Assembly (NCBI GenBank): GCA_963850305.1
Contig: CAWKKR010000009.1
Location: forward strand, 1-64,000
Direction of reading: 5' to 3'
DNA length: 64,000 nucleotides
Source of the DNA: an uncultured delta proteobacterium
GTDB lineage: Bacteria; Myxococcota_A; Polyangia; Polyangiales; Polyangiaceae
Both the position numbers and the translations under genes were made by a program. Below the pieces are notes generated by a model. The model did no database searches and was not told the DNA's origin. It saw only the letters and a program-made list of their open reading frames with translations. Shown piece after piece: positions 9,960-20,290 of this stretch (position 1 is the stretch's first letter; every line of letters starts with the position of its first letter).

Positions 9960-11225
9960 ATGATTCCCGGTCGCACGCCGTCTCGTTTTCGCTTCGCGGC
10001 GTGGTCCGGCGCGCTGGGGCTCTGCGTCACCGCGTGTGTCGCCGTCGCGTGCGGGCAATCATCGCAGAGCTCGAACGCGACGAGCTCCATAGACGAAGCA
10101 ATCGTCGGCGGGACTCTGGATCGTACGACCACGGGCGTGGTCGCGCTCGTGCTTCCGCAGCCGCCCCAATACGTCGAATACTGTAGCGGTTCGCTCATCG
10201 CGCCGAACCTCGTCATGACGGCGCGGCACTGCGTCGCGAATATCGAGGACGATCCCAACGAGGAGATCCAGTGCGGCGTCGCGCAATTCTCTGCGCCCTA
10301 CGATGGAAGTCAGTTCTCCTTCTCCGCCGACGCGGTTCGTCCCGCGTCGCTCCGCGATCCGAGCTTCGTCCAGGGTGCGGAAGTGCGTGTCCCGCCCACG
10401 GGCACGGAGTTCTGCGGCAATGACGTCGCGCTCGTCATCCTCGCGGGCAAGGGTTTTTCGTCGAGCGAGGCGGCTCCGCTCGTCCCGCGCCTAGATATCC
10501 CTCCGTCGCTGGACGAAGTATTTGCGTCCGACGGTTACGGCTTGACCGACCCGAACACGACGGATACCGACGGCCAGCGGATGCGCGCCAGTGGCAATTC
10601 CGTGACCTGCGTCGGTACCGACTGTCGCTCGGAAAACCCGCTGGTCGGCGCGTCGGAGTGGCTCAGCCTGGACGCGCAGATCTGCCCCGGAGATTCCGGC
10701 GGTCCCGCCCTGGACGCGAACGGACGCGTGATGGGCGTCGCTTCGCGCGGGGCGGATGGCTGCTCCGCGGCGATCTACGGCAACGTCTCTTCGTGGAAGG
10801 CGTTCATCATCTCGACCGCCAAGGACGCGGCCCAGATGGGGGGCTACGACGCCCCTTCGTGGGTCTCCGACTCCACGGCTCCCGCCACGTCCGGTGCGTC
10901 CGGCGTCGATGCAGGTTCGCTCGTCCCGCCGTTCGGCGAATCGTGCAGCGCTCCGTGTGCGGACGACTACGCCTGCTACTCCGACAGCGGTGATCCTCCC
11001 GGCATCTGCGTCCCGCGTTGCAGCGCCGTCGACACCACCTGTCCCATCGGTTACGCCTGCGCCGCGCAGCTCCAGGTCTGCGCCCCGAACGGCAGCGCCG
11101 CGCTTCCCCACGAGTCGTCCGGTTGCGACATTGGCGCGAGAGGCGACGCGAGCAACGGTGCGCTCGCGCTGGCGCTGGGATTGGGGTTCGTTACACGTCG
11201 CAGACGGCGCGGGGCAGTGCGCTGA
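9960..11225 (+). CDS. Trypsin-like (S1) serine protease with Cys-rich region and MYXO-CTERM-like tail
   Basis: Catalytic triad motifs TARHC, NDVAL, GDSGGP; C-terminal GC...hydrophobic...RRRRR sorting signal. Confidence 0.9.
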   Translation: MIPGRTPSRFRFAAWSGALGLCVTACVAVACGQSSQSSNATSSIDEAIVGGTLDRTTTGVVALVLPQPPQYVEYCSGSLIAPNLVMTARHCVANIEDDPNEEIQCGVAQFSAPYDGSQFSFSADAVRPASLRDPSFVQGAEVRVPPTGTEFCGNDVALVILAGKGFSSSEAAPLVPRLDIPPSLDEVFASDGYGLTDPNTTDTDGQRMRASGNSVTCVGTDCRSENPLVGASEWLSLDAQICPGDSGGPALDANGRVMGVASRGADGCSAAIYGNVSSWKAFIISTAKDAAQMGGYDAPSWVSDSTAPATSGASGVDAGSLVPPFGESCSAPCADDYACYSDSGDPPGICVPRCSAVDTTCPIGYACAAQLQVCAPNGSAALPHESSGCDIGARGDASNGALALALGLGFVTRRRRRGAVR

Positions 11226-11286
11226 CGGACGAGGCGGCGGACGGATCTGCGGCGAACGCGACGTTGGCTCGATGGGATTGGCTCGG

Positions 11287-13641
11287 TCAGCGCTCTTTCG
11301 GGAGGACGACGATGTGCCGCTCCGGAGCGAGGGTGGCTCGCTGAAAGCGGCGGAGTGCGGCAAGGTCCGGCAGGACCGGGTCGGGTGCGCCAATCCACAG
11401 TCGGACGACGCGCTCGCGCGGATCGACGGCGCGCTCTGCCAGAGCAGCATCGTAGGAAGCATTCGCGGCCGCGAGGTCCTCTGCCGTCGCTGCGCCTTCG
11501 CTGAGCCGCGCCAGCACCGCCCGGACCTGCGCCACCGCTTCACGCGCCTTGTCTTCCGTTCCGACGATCTCGATCGCGAGCGCGGCTGCATCCTTGCCGC
11601 CGAGCAGCGTCGCATCGGCGTGCACGGCGAGACCTGGCACTCGCACGGAACGCTCGAGCCAGCCGTTCGGGCGATTCAGCAGATACGCGGTCCACTCCGC
11701 CTCCAGGGGGATCCCGGCGGGCGTGGGGGCAACGGCGACCGCCACGAGCGCGTGCGTGCCGGAAGGAGCGGTCGCGGAGTCGACATCGTATTCCGCCGGC
11801 TCTGCCACGAGCGGCGGTGATGCGGGGCACGCCACATCGTCGGTGCGGGCCGGCTTGAGCCAGCGCTCGATCGCCTGTTCCACGTGATCGGCCTGCGCCG
11901 GGGCTCCGTTGGAGATGACCGCGAGCCGCAGCGCGCCGCGCACGAGGGCGTCGCGCTCGAGCTCCGCCGCGCGCGTCGAGATTTCGGTGATGGATTGCCA
12001 GGTGCCCCGAGGGTCGAGCAAGCTCGGGTGCCCCGGCGCGACGGCCTGCAGCGCAACGGGCCAGAGGAGCTGCGTCTCTGACTCGAGCTCGGATTGAAGC
12101 CGGAGGCGAGCCGCCGCGACGGTCTGATCGGTGATCTCGGTCGCGGCGAAGGCGCGTCCGAGCGCATCTCCGAGACGTGCGGCGTACGCCGCAGGCGCCT
12201 CGTCTGCATTTTCGCGCGGCCCGTGCGCGAGCAGCCCGATGCCGCTCGTCGAGACCCAGGGCTCGACGCGGACGCCGTCCCGGTCGGCATTTTCACGCGC
12301 CATCGCGCGAACGGCGAGCGCGGCGAGCCCGGCGTCGCGATTCGATTCGTCGAGCGTCGCGCACGGACTGGCGAGGAGCGCCCACGTTTCGCCCTGCCCG
12401 GGTTCCGACGCGCGGCGGATCTGGACGGAAGCGACGTCGCGAGCCCGCTCGGCGCGGTCGAACGCGGCAGCGAACGCGGCGTCTCCGCCCGCTGCGGGAG
12501 ATCCGCCGGCATAGTTTACGAACGTTCTCGTCGTTCCTGGTGTGAGGTGTGCGCCGAGGGCACCCCACGCGGCCACCGCGGCCGCGTCGCGGGGATCCGT
12601 GGCTTCCAGGATGGCGCGGTCGAGGTTCCACGCTCCGTTGTTGGCCTCCGCGAGCGCCCGCCTGGCTTCGTCCACGGCGAGTGCGGCCACGCCGCCGACG
12701 GTGTCGCTCGAAGACGTGCTGGCGGTGCCGGCGAGATCCACCCGCAAGCACGCGCCGCGGGCGCGAGTCGTGGCCAGGACGCGCGAGAGGCTCCACGAAG
12801 GCTCGAGCGCAGCCGCGTGCAGCGAAAGGGCCGACGCGGGGTCTCCGAGCGATGCCGTCGCGCCGAGAGCCCGCGCCGCATCGCCCACGCGTAGCGCGAT
12901 TGACAGCGTGGGAGCCCCGCCGCCCGGGGGGCTTCGGCCGACGACGTCGGAGGTCGGCCACGGATTGCTCACGGTGTCGGAGGTCGGCCACGGGCTGGTG
13001 TCGCGGAGCGCGACTGCGACGCCTTCGAGCAAGGGACGCGCGCCCACGGCGGCGAACGCGGTCGCGCGCGCGGAAAAGATGGCCTGACGGACGCGCTCGA
13101 CGTCCGCGAGCCCCGGCGGTTTCGGCGGCGTTCCAGCAACGAGCTCTCCGACGCAGTCGCCGATGGCCTCGTCGCTGGCGCTCGTCGCGGTGCGCACCAT
13201 GGCTCCCTGGGTGACCCGCTCCGTCAGGGTCGCGAGCTCTGCCGAGGTGGCCGGCGCGGCAAGGGCGTCGCGCGCTGCGCGCACGAACGCGGCGGCCTGG
13301 TCCGCCGAGCCGATGCGCGCGCGCAGGACGAAGCCATTGCCACTCGGCCGCGACTCGATCCGGGCGCCCGTCGCGCGCTCGATGCGGCTCGCGACGAGCG
13401 CGGCAACCCAGAGCGACGACTCGGCGCCCGCATCGTCCGTGGCCGCGAGCGCAATCCCGGCGAAGGGGTCGCCGTCTCTCGCGACCAGGCTCAGGGATGG
13501 ATGATCGCCCGCGGCGCGGACTTCGAGGGGCGAGGGAAGGCCGGTCGCATTGCTCGCTCGCGGCTGGCAGCCGCAAAGCGCGAGCGGCCACGCGAGTCCC
13601 GCGATTCGGCGGAGACGTTCGGATGCCGAGCTCGCGCGCAC
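11287..13641 (-). CDS. Large lipoprotein, M16 peptidase-like fold, probably non-catalytic
   Basis: Lipobox-like LCGC; C-terminal WLERSVRVPGLA...AVLARLSEGAATAEDLAAA resembles the M16 C-domain; no HXXEH motif. Confidence 0.5.
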   Translation of the reverse strand: MRASSASERLRRIAGLAWPLALCGCQPRASNATGLPSPLEVRAAGDHPSLSLVARDGDPFAGIALAATDDAGAESSLWVAALVASRIERATGARIESRPSGNGFVLRARIGSADQAAAFVRAARDALAAPATSAELATLTERVTQGAMVRTATSASDEAIGDCVGELVAGTPPKPPGLADVERVRQAIFSARATAFAAVGARPLLEGVAVALRDTSPWPTSDTVSNPWPTSDVVGRSPPGGGAPTLSIALRVGDAARALGATASLGDPASALSLHAAALEPSWSLSRVLATTRARGACLRVDLAGTASTSSSDTVGGVAALAVDEARRALAEANNGAWNLDRAILEATDPRDAAAVAAWGALGAHLTPGTTRTFVNYAGGSPAAGGDAAFAAAFDRAERARDVASVQIRRASEPGQGETWALLASPCATLDESNRDAGLAALAVRAMARENADRDGVRVEPWVSTSGIGLLAHGPRENADEAPAAYAARLGDALGRAFAATEITDQTVAAARLRLQSELESETQLLWPVALQAVAPGHPSLLDPRGTWQSITEISTRAAELERDALVRGALRLAVISNGAPAQADHVEQAIERWLKPARTDDVACPASPPLVAEPAEYDVDSATAPSGTHALVAVAVAPTPAGIPLEAEWTAYLLNRPNGWLERSVRVPGLAVHADATLLGGKDAAALAIEIVGTEDKAREAVAQVRAVLARLSEGAATAEDLAAANASYDAALAERAVDPRERVVRLWIGAPDPVLPDLAALRRFQRATLAPERHIVVLPKER

Positions 13642-13734
13642 CGGTTCGCACGTCTAGCACGAGTGGGCCAGCCGTCCGTCATGTCTCTGTTGCGCGCCGA
13701 GCGCGCCGCCCCGCGCGCCCCCTCCCGGCATGGG

Positions 13735-14370
13735 CTAAGCGGCGTCCTTTTCCAGCAACGCTTCGAGGCGGCTCTGGAGCTTGTGCTTCTTCGAGTACAC
13801 GGTACCGACGCTGATTCCCATGCGCGCAGCGACCTGGTCGGGGTCGAGCCCCTCGCCGTAGTAGAGCTCGAGGAAGAGCCGGTCCTTGTCGGTGAAGCCG
13901 CTCAGGAGCGTCTCGACGAGCCGCGCTCGCTCGCTCCGTTCGCAGAGAGTGCACGGGTCCGGCGCGCGGGAGACCAGGGTATCGGCGTCGATCGCATCTT
14001 CGCTCCTCGGTTCGCGGCGAAGGCGGCGGAGGTAGTCATAGGCGGCGTGCGACGCGAGCATCGCGATCCATGTGCTGAAACGGACGCCGCGGTCGGGCTG
14101 GAACGCGCGCAGCTTCGCCTTGTCGTTCGCGACCAGCTCGACGGCGAGCGTCGCCTCGATTTCGCGCACGACGTCCGAATCCCCGGCGAGCCGGAAGCGC
14201 CGAACGATGCGCGCGATGGTCGCGAAGATCAGTCGCCCGTGCTGGTTCGCGAACTGACGCCACGCCGCTTCATCGCCGAGGACGAGCGCCTCTCGAAGCG
14301 TGACGTCTGCGTCTCGGCGTAGCGTGGCTTCGGTCGTCGTGAAGGGGGAGGGGCATTTATTCGGGAACAT
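13735..14370 (-). CDS. ECF-type sigma-70 family RNA polymerase sigma factor
   Basis: Region 2 FSTWIAMLASHAAYDYLRR; region 4 LFLELYYGEGLDPDQVAARMGISVGTVYSKKHK. Confidence 0.9.
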   Translation of the reverse strand: MFPNKCPSPFTTTEATLRRDADVTLREALVLGDEAAWRQFANQHGRLIFATIARIVRRFRLAGDSDVVREIEATLAVELVANDKAKLRAFQPDRGVRFSTWIAMLASHAAYDYLRRLRREPRSEDAIDADTLVSRAPDPCTLCERSERARLVETLLSGFTDKDRLFLELYYGEGLDPDQVAARMGISVGTVYSKKHKLQSRLEALLEKDAA

Positions 14371-14639
14371 GGCGGGCTCCTTGGCGGCGCCCGGCGTCTT
14401 GCCGGGCCGGGATGGCGCTAGAGCACCTGCCGTGCCGGCAAAGAAGTTCAATGAACTCCGCTGGTTATGCGTGACGATACGGCGTAACGCCGTGACGCGA
14501 GACGCGAGACGGTGTGACGGCCCCTCGCGAGATCTTACGGGGTTGGTTGGCGCGACCTTCCTGACGGCGCCCGAGCCGCCGGCGTCGCGCTCTCGACGCG
14601 CACGGAAGGCCGCGCGTGTCATGTTAGCTTGGGATCTCC

Positions 14640-15113
14640 GTGCCCCCTCGGCTCAAGGCTCTCTTCCTGCTCGGGCTCGCGCTCGTGCGGACCCTCGTGC
14701 TTCGGTTGTTCGGCGGCGGGCGCAGAGGCATCGCCGCGTTCCGTGAGAACTACGCCGCGGACGGCCTGGCGCCGATCAGCGTCGCGCAGCGAGACGCGAT
14801 GCCGGAATTCGGGCGCTGCATCGCGTGCGGCCTCTGCGATCGCGGTGAGCTAGGTCGAATCGCGCGTTCTGGCGGCGCCTACGCGGGCGTCATGGAACTG
14901 ATGCTGGCGGCAAGCCGGAGCTTGCCGGACTTCGGTGCCGCGGCCATCGCGTTCGCGCACGTTCCCGATGACGTCCTGGCCGGAAAAGAGCTCGTGTGTC
15001 CCACGCGCGTCCCCATGCGAAAGATAGCCGCGTTCGTTCGGGACAAGGCGGGCGAGTCTCGAGTGTCGCTCCCCGTCGCGAGCGCGAACGCGCTACCGGC
15101 GCCGGTGGCCTGA
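14640..15113 (+). CDS. Small putative Fe-S binding protein
   Basis: CIACGLC plus distal CP (CPTRVP); hydrophobic N-terminus. Confidence 0.55.
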   Translation: MPPRLKALFLLGLALVRTLVLRLFGGGRRGIAAFRENYAADGLAPISVAQRDAMPEFGRCIACGLCDRGELGRIARSGGAYAGVMELMLAASRSLPDFGAAAIAFAHVPDDVLAGKELVCPTRVPMRKIAAFVRDKAGESRVSLPVASANALPAPVA

Positions 15114-15127
15114 TCCGGGCTAGCGGT

Positions 15128-17420
15128 TCAGCGCACCAGCGTGAGCCGCGCTGCGGTGCCGAACGCCGCCAGGTGACCGCTGTCCTCGCCGACGTAGACG
15201 CTGCAGCGCTCGTCGACGCGTAACAGGTCAGCGATGAGATCCGAAGGAACCGTGCCGATGATGTCGCCATCCGTGGGGCGCACGACGAACACCTGGTGCT
15301 GCGGGACGAAGAGCGCGCCGCTGCGCAGCACGGGGTCCAGGCGCCGCGGCTGGTCGGTCCCGGGCGAGCCAGCGAACACGTGATTGTACCGCACGTCGCC
15401 CGTCTTCGCGTCGAGGCACAGGAGGACGCCGGCGCCACTGTTCGCGATGATCGCGTCGTCGACGACGAGCCAGGCCGTCAGGGGCGACAGGAAGCCCGGC
15501 GCCTGGCTCCAGAGCGGCGAGCCATCGGAGCGGCGAAACGCGCGCATTCCGGTGCCGGACGCGTCGCGCGTCGGTACGGCGACGACGTCGGCAGTCACCA
15601 GCGGCGGCTGCGTCGCCAGCGGCGCGTCATCGAGCGCGACGTTGTAGCGGACCTCGCCCGTCCAGGGATCGATGTGGTGCAAGCGAAACCTGCCGCCGGG
15701 CGCTCCGCTCACGATGAAGGCGGAGTCGTGATCGAGAGTCATCGTATGCGCGAAGGGGAGGCGATCGCGGACGCGCCACACGACATCGCCGGTGGAGACG
15801 TCGAGGGCGACGAGCGCGGAGTCCCCGCCGGTCACGAGGAGCAACTTGCCGGCACGTCGCATGCGGTACGCGGCCGGACGCGGCCCCGTGTGGCGCCAGC
15901 GGACGTCGCCAGTGACGAGATTCGAGCGCGGTGATCTTCCGATCGCTCTCGGCAACCACGAGGAGCTTCGGGAGACCGGGAGTGTGCACGACGGCACCGG
16001 TCGCGCCCCCGGCCGTGCGCGGCGTGATGCGCGCCGTGAACCGGACCTCGCCGGACTCGACGTCGCGGAGGACGATCTTGCCGTCGGGTTCGATGCGCGC
16101 GATGCCCGACGGCGTCGCGATGCTACCGCCCTTCGCGGTCGGTGCGCGCCACTGGACGGCGCCTGTGTTGCGATCGAGACACGCGATCTCGCGCGTGGCG
16201 CCGACCACGATGCGCTCACCGCACAGGAACGTCGATTTGAGGTCGATGTTGGGGACGGTCGCGACCCACCGCGGCGAAAACCGCATCTTGCCGCCGTGCG
16301 CCCATGGACCTCTGGCGTGCGCGACGGGCCCGCCCCCAATGGAGAAGGTCTTGTAGCTGTCAGGCTCCGGGTTCGTGATCGAGTCGTCTTCCTCGCTGTC
16401 GTTCACGCGGTCCGAAAGCGCGTCCGCGGCGGTCAGGAGGCACTTGAGGCGGAGATTGCGCTCGTGGGAAGCGTCGTTTGCCGTGAAGGCTTCGCCGAGC
16501 CGGCGAGCGAATGCGACCGTCGCGGCGGCGAAGTCGAGGGCGGAGATGGCGGGGAAGGTGACGGATTTCCCGGCGTCCATGCCGGCGCTGCCGCCAACGG
16601 TGACGTCGAGCGGGCCGTCGCCAGGGCCGCGGCGTACTCCGATGCGGCATTCACCGAGCTGAATGCGACGGAAGAGCGCGCGGCCTCCCTGCCAGGCGTC
16701 GAGGGTCTCGTCGGCGAGCTGGAGCAAGCGTTCGGCGACCAGAAACGGAAAGGAGCCGGGGATCTTCGCGACCCGGTTTCGAGCGACGACGGCGAAGTCG
16801 CCGCGCACGAGCAGCGCGTGGAGATCGGCGCGCTCCACGGCCGTGCCGCGCGAAGGGACGGCGCGAGCTCGCGGCGCTCGTCGAAACGACGCTTCCGCGC
16901 TCCAGCCGAACCCGCCGCGCGGCGCGGGCGAGACGGAGACCGTCGAGCGATCCACGCGCGGGTGCGGCGTGGGCGGCCACGTCGCTTCGAGCGCGGCCCG
17001 TCCGGCGAGCAGCGCGTGCCGGACGGTTCCCTGCGCGCCGCTCGTGACGCTCGTTTCGGAGAGCGCCGTGACGAGGCCAGCGCGGAGAGCCTGCAGCGCG
17101 ACGCGGCGCTCGTGAACGGCGACCTCCGGCGCGGGCCCCGAGCGAAACACCGTCAAGAGCACGTCGTCGGCGTCGCGCTCCAAACCGAGCTCCCAGACGT
17201 CGTCCTCGGCGTAGAGCTGAATGACGGTTCTGTCCGTCCGCGCTGCCGCGAGGCTCGCGACCGCGTGTGCGAGGTCCGCGAGCAAGGACAGCGAGAAGCC
17301 GTCCGTGACGCGCGCCGTGACGTTGATGCCGTCGACGACGACATCGAAAAGACCGTAGAGTGGGGCGAGTGCCGGACGTGGCTCGGGGAGCGGCCGGACG
17401 ACGACATGGAAAGCCGACAT
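15128..17420 (-). CDS. PQQ-like beta-propeller repeat protein with unknown N-terminal domain (frameshift near 15921)
   Basis: Repeated xLDxxTGxVxW blades (CLDRNTGAVQW, ALDVSTGDVVW, CLDAKTGDVRY); one extra base splits ITALDLVTGDVRW. Confidence 0.75.
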
Positions 17421-17492
17421 ACGTGGGCGCAATCGTAGAAGGCGGCGCCGCGATGCCGAACTTTTCAGGTCCGATAGCGGAGGAGTGGACAT

Positions 17493-18890
17493 TTGTCGTC
17501 GCGAAAGGCTAGGCGCGCCGGGGCCGTCGCCGGAGCGGTCGCGGCGCTGGTGCCGATGGTGTGGCTCCGCGGTTTCACTGTCGACGATGCGCTCATCACG
17601 GCGCGAGTATCGGCCCACATTGCCGCGGGATTCGGGCACAGGTTCAACCGAGGCGGTCCCGTCGTCGACGCGGTGACGCCGCTCGGTTTCGAATATTTTC
17701 TCGCGCCGTTCTCCCACGGCGATCCCTTGCGGGCGTTTTACTTCGCGAAGTGGTTCGGGGGCGCCGTGTGGCTGGTCGCGGCTGCGTGGCTCGGAAGTGA
17801 AGTCGCGCGCATGGACGGATCGCGACGTCGCTTCGGAGTGTTCGCGGTGTTCGCGCTCTGCTTGCCGCTCGCGGCGTGGGCGGTCGCGGGCATGGAGACG
17901 GGCCTCGTGATCGGGCTAGCGACGCTCGCGATTTCCGGGAGCTCCTGGGCGCCGCTTGCGGGCGGCGTCGCGGCGGCGCTCCGTCCGGAACTCGTGCCAT
18001 GGGCGGTCGTGCTGGCGGCGGCGCGGACGATTCCCAGGCGCAATCCAGCGTCGATTGCGCGCTCGCTCGCGCTGGCCATGGCGCCGGCGGGCATCGTCGC
18101 GCTCGTGCGCGTCCTTGCGTTCGGGCACGCCGTGCCGCTCGCGTTCTACGCGAAGCCGTCCGACTTCGAACACGGGCTTCGATATGTCGCCGCCGCCGCG
18201 ATCTGGACCGGCGTTCCCGTCCTCCTCGTCGCGCCCCGAAGACTATGGGCGCTCCGGGCGAACGAGCGGGCGATCGTCGCCGCCGCGGTGGCGCACGCGT
18301 TCGCGCTGATTCTGGCCGGCGGCGACTGGATGGCGTTCTTTCGTCTTTTCATGCCGGTCCTGCCGGGGCTGTTGCTCGTCGCGGCGCGTGTTCTGGCGAC
18401 GTCCGGCGCGCTGCTCGGGCTCCTGCGACTTTCGGTCGCGTGCGGGTTGTCGGCGATCCTCTTCTTCCAGAAGGGGCGGGCAGCTCGCGGCATCGGCGCG
18501 CAGCGACTCGAGCTCATCGAGCGAGCGCGACCGATCCTCCGTGAAGCGAAGGCCGTTGCTGCACTCGACGTCGGATGGGTCGGCGTGGCCACCGACGCCG
18601 ACGTGGTGGACCTGGCGGGCGTCACGGACGAGGTCATTGCGCACCTCCCCGGCGGGCATACGTCGAAGCGGGTCCCCTCAGCGCTGCTCGAGAACCGGGG
18701 GGTCGACGCGCTCGTTCTCCTGGTCAGCGGCCCGCTGCCATTGGACTGGTCGCGCGCCCGCTTTGTCCGGACGGTCGAGGCTAGAATAGCATGGGAAGCC
18801 GCGGATCTCGGCTTTGTCATTCATGGAATGCTCGAGCTTGGCGGGACGTCCGAGACGTATCTCGTCCTGGGATTGCAAAATCGCCCATAA
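17493..18890 (+). CDS. Polytopic membrane protein, GT-C-like glycosyltransferase candidate
   Basis: TVDDALITAR first-loop acidic motif, GMET, RPE, GGDWM..RL, C-terminal DVGWVG...VDLAGVTD. Confidence 0.65.
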   Translation: MSSRKARRAGAVAGAVAALVPMVWLRGFTVDDALITARVSAHIAAGFGHRFNRGGPVVDAVTPLGFEYFLAPFSHGDPLRAFYFAKWFGGAVWLVAAAWLGSEVARMDGSRRRFGVFAVFALCLPLAAWAVAGMETGLVIGLATLAISGSSWAPLAGGVAAALRPELVPWAVVLAAARTIPRRNPASIARSLALAMAPAGIVALVRVLAFGHAVPLAFYAKPSDFEHGLRYVAAAAIWTGVPVLLVAPRRLWALRANERAIVAAAVAHAFALILAGGDWMAFFRLFMPVLPGLLLVAARVLATSGALLGLLRLSVACGLSAILFFQKGRAARGIGAQRLELIERARPILREAKAVAALDVGWVGVATDADVVDLAGVTDEVIAHLPGGHTSKRVPSALLENRGVDALVLLVSGPLPLDWSRARFVRTVEARIAWEAADLGFVIHGMLELGGTSETYLVLGLQNRP

Positions 18891-18910
18891 TGGAACGAAA
18901 GGACGACCGA

Positions 18911-19405
18911 ATGAATGCCCGGGGCCTCGGCTGGATGCTCGTCGTCCTCATGACGGCTTCCGTCCTTGGCGTGGTCGATTCGCCCCCGGCAGCCCGCGCC
19001 TCGAGCCTCGGCATCGTGGACGGAGAAGAGCTCGATGTAGCCGCGGACCGCGTCGACGTGGACGTGGCGCGCGGGGTCGCGAAGCTCGACGGAGCCGTGA
19101 CGGTGCACCTCGGCGATCTCGAGATGCACTGCCCGACGGCGGAGATTCGCTACGATAAGTCGCCTCGCGTCAGCTTCGCGCGCGGGTCCGGCGGCGTCAC
19201 GGCCAGGTTTCAGGGGATCGACGCGACCGCAAGCTCGGTCGAGTTCGATGCTTCGGCGCGAACCGTAGCGCTCCAGGGCGCCGTTCGGCTGACGCGGGGA
19301 CGGGGCTGGATCACCGCGGACCGGGCGACGGTGGACCTTTCGAGCAGCAAGGTCGCACTGGAAGGTGTGAAGGGGTCGATCCCTGTCGATCCGGGACGCC
19401 ATTGA
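18911..19405 (+). CDS. lptA: LptA/OstA-family periplasmic protein
   Basis: Signal peptide, beta-jellyroll pattern (VAADRVDVD...LQGAVRLTRG...ITADRATVDL), directly upstream of lptB. Confidence 0.7.
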   Translation: MNARGLGWMLVVLMTASVLGVVDSPPAARASSLGIVDGEELDVAADRVDVDVARGVAKLDGAVTVHLGDLEMHCPTAEIRYDKSPRVSFARGSGGVTARFQGIDATASSVEFDASARTVALQGAVRLTRGRGWITADRATVDLSSSKVALEGVKGSIPVDPGRH

Positions 19406-20130
19406 CGGCGGCTCCGCTCGCGATGGCGACGCTGGCCCTCCGAGCGGACGGCATTCGAATCGTGCTCGGCGGCACGGAGGTGCTGCGCAGCGTCGACGTT
19501 TCTGCGGACAGCGGCCGGGTTCTCGGCATTCTCGGTCCGAGCGGCGCCGGAAAGACGACTCTCTTTCGAGTGCTGTCCGGCGAGATCGTCCCTCCGGCTG
19601 GAAGCATCAAGCTCGCCGGGATCGACGTGACGCGGATGCCGTTATGGAAGCGCGCTCGCCTCGGTCTTGGTTACGTTCCGCAAGCGCCGAGCGTGCTCCT
19701 CGATCTCACGGTTCGGGAGAACGTACGCACGTTCGAGCGCGTCGCCGGCGTGAAGCCAATGCCGCCGGAGGAACGTGCAGCGAAATTCCAGCTCGGCGGC
19801 CTCCTTGGCGTCCGCGCCCGCGATCTGTCGGGTGGGGAGCGCCGTCGGCTCGAGTTGCTTCGCGCCCTCATGGCAGAGCCCCGCGTCCTCATCTGCGACG
19901 AACCCTTCGCCGCGGGCGATCCGGCGCACGTACGACTGCTCGCCGCAGCGCTTCGGGCCCACGCAGATCGCGGGGGCGCCGTGGTCCTCGCAGATCACCG
20001 GGTCGCCGATGCCCTCGCGATCTGCGACGATGCCGTGCTCATCGTCGACGGTAGCGTACTCTTTCGCGGTCCGGCCGCCGAGTTCGCGGACCACCCGGCC
20101 GTCCGCAGAAGATATTTGGGAGCGGTGTAG
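19402..20130 (+). CDS. lptB: LptB-like ABC ATPase
   Basis: GPSGAGKTT, LSGGERRRLE, DEPFA, C-terminal VRRRYLG; lptB-rpoN synteny. Confidence 0.85.
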   Translation: MTAAPLAMATLALRADGIRIVLGGTEVLRSVDVSADSGRVLGILGPSGAGKTTLFRVLSGEIVPPAGSIKLAGIDVTRMPLWKRARLGLGYVPQAPSVLLDLTVRENVRTFERVAGVKPMPPEERAAKFQLGGLLGVRARDLSGGERRRLELLRALMAEPRVLICDEPFAAGDPAHVRLLAAALRAHADRGGAVVLADHRVADALAICDDAVLIVDGSVLFRGPAAEFADHPAVRRRYLGAV

Positions 20131-20290
20131 ACAAAGAGAAGCGCATTCCGCGCGCGTGGGCCATGCTGAGCTTGCGGTGCGGGTGTCACCAGCGGAAATC
20201 CGCGGCTTTGCCGCCGTCGATTCCGCACTCCCGCCGGGCCTTGGTGTTACACTGAGCCCGGGACAAAGGTCCTGCCCGTCCGGGAAATCG

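Noticed and set aside
12946..12993. 18-bp direct repeat GTCGGAGGTCGGCCACGG
   Set aside because: It is within a CDS and just encodes a duplicated PWPTSD linker
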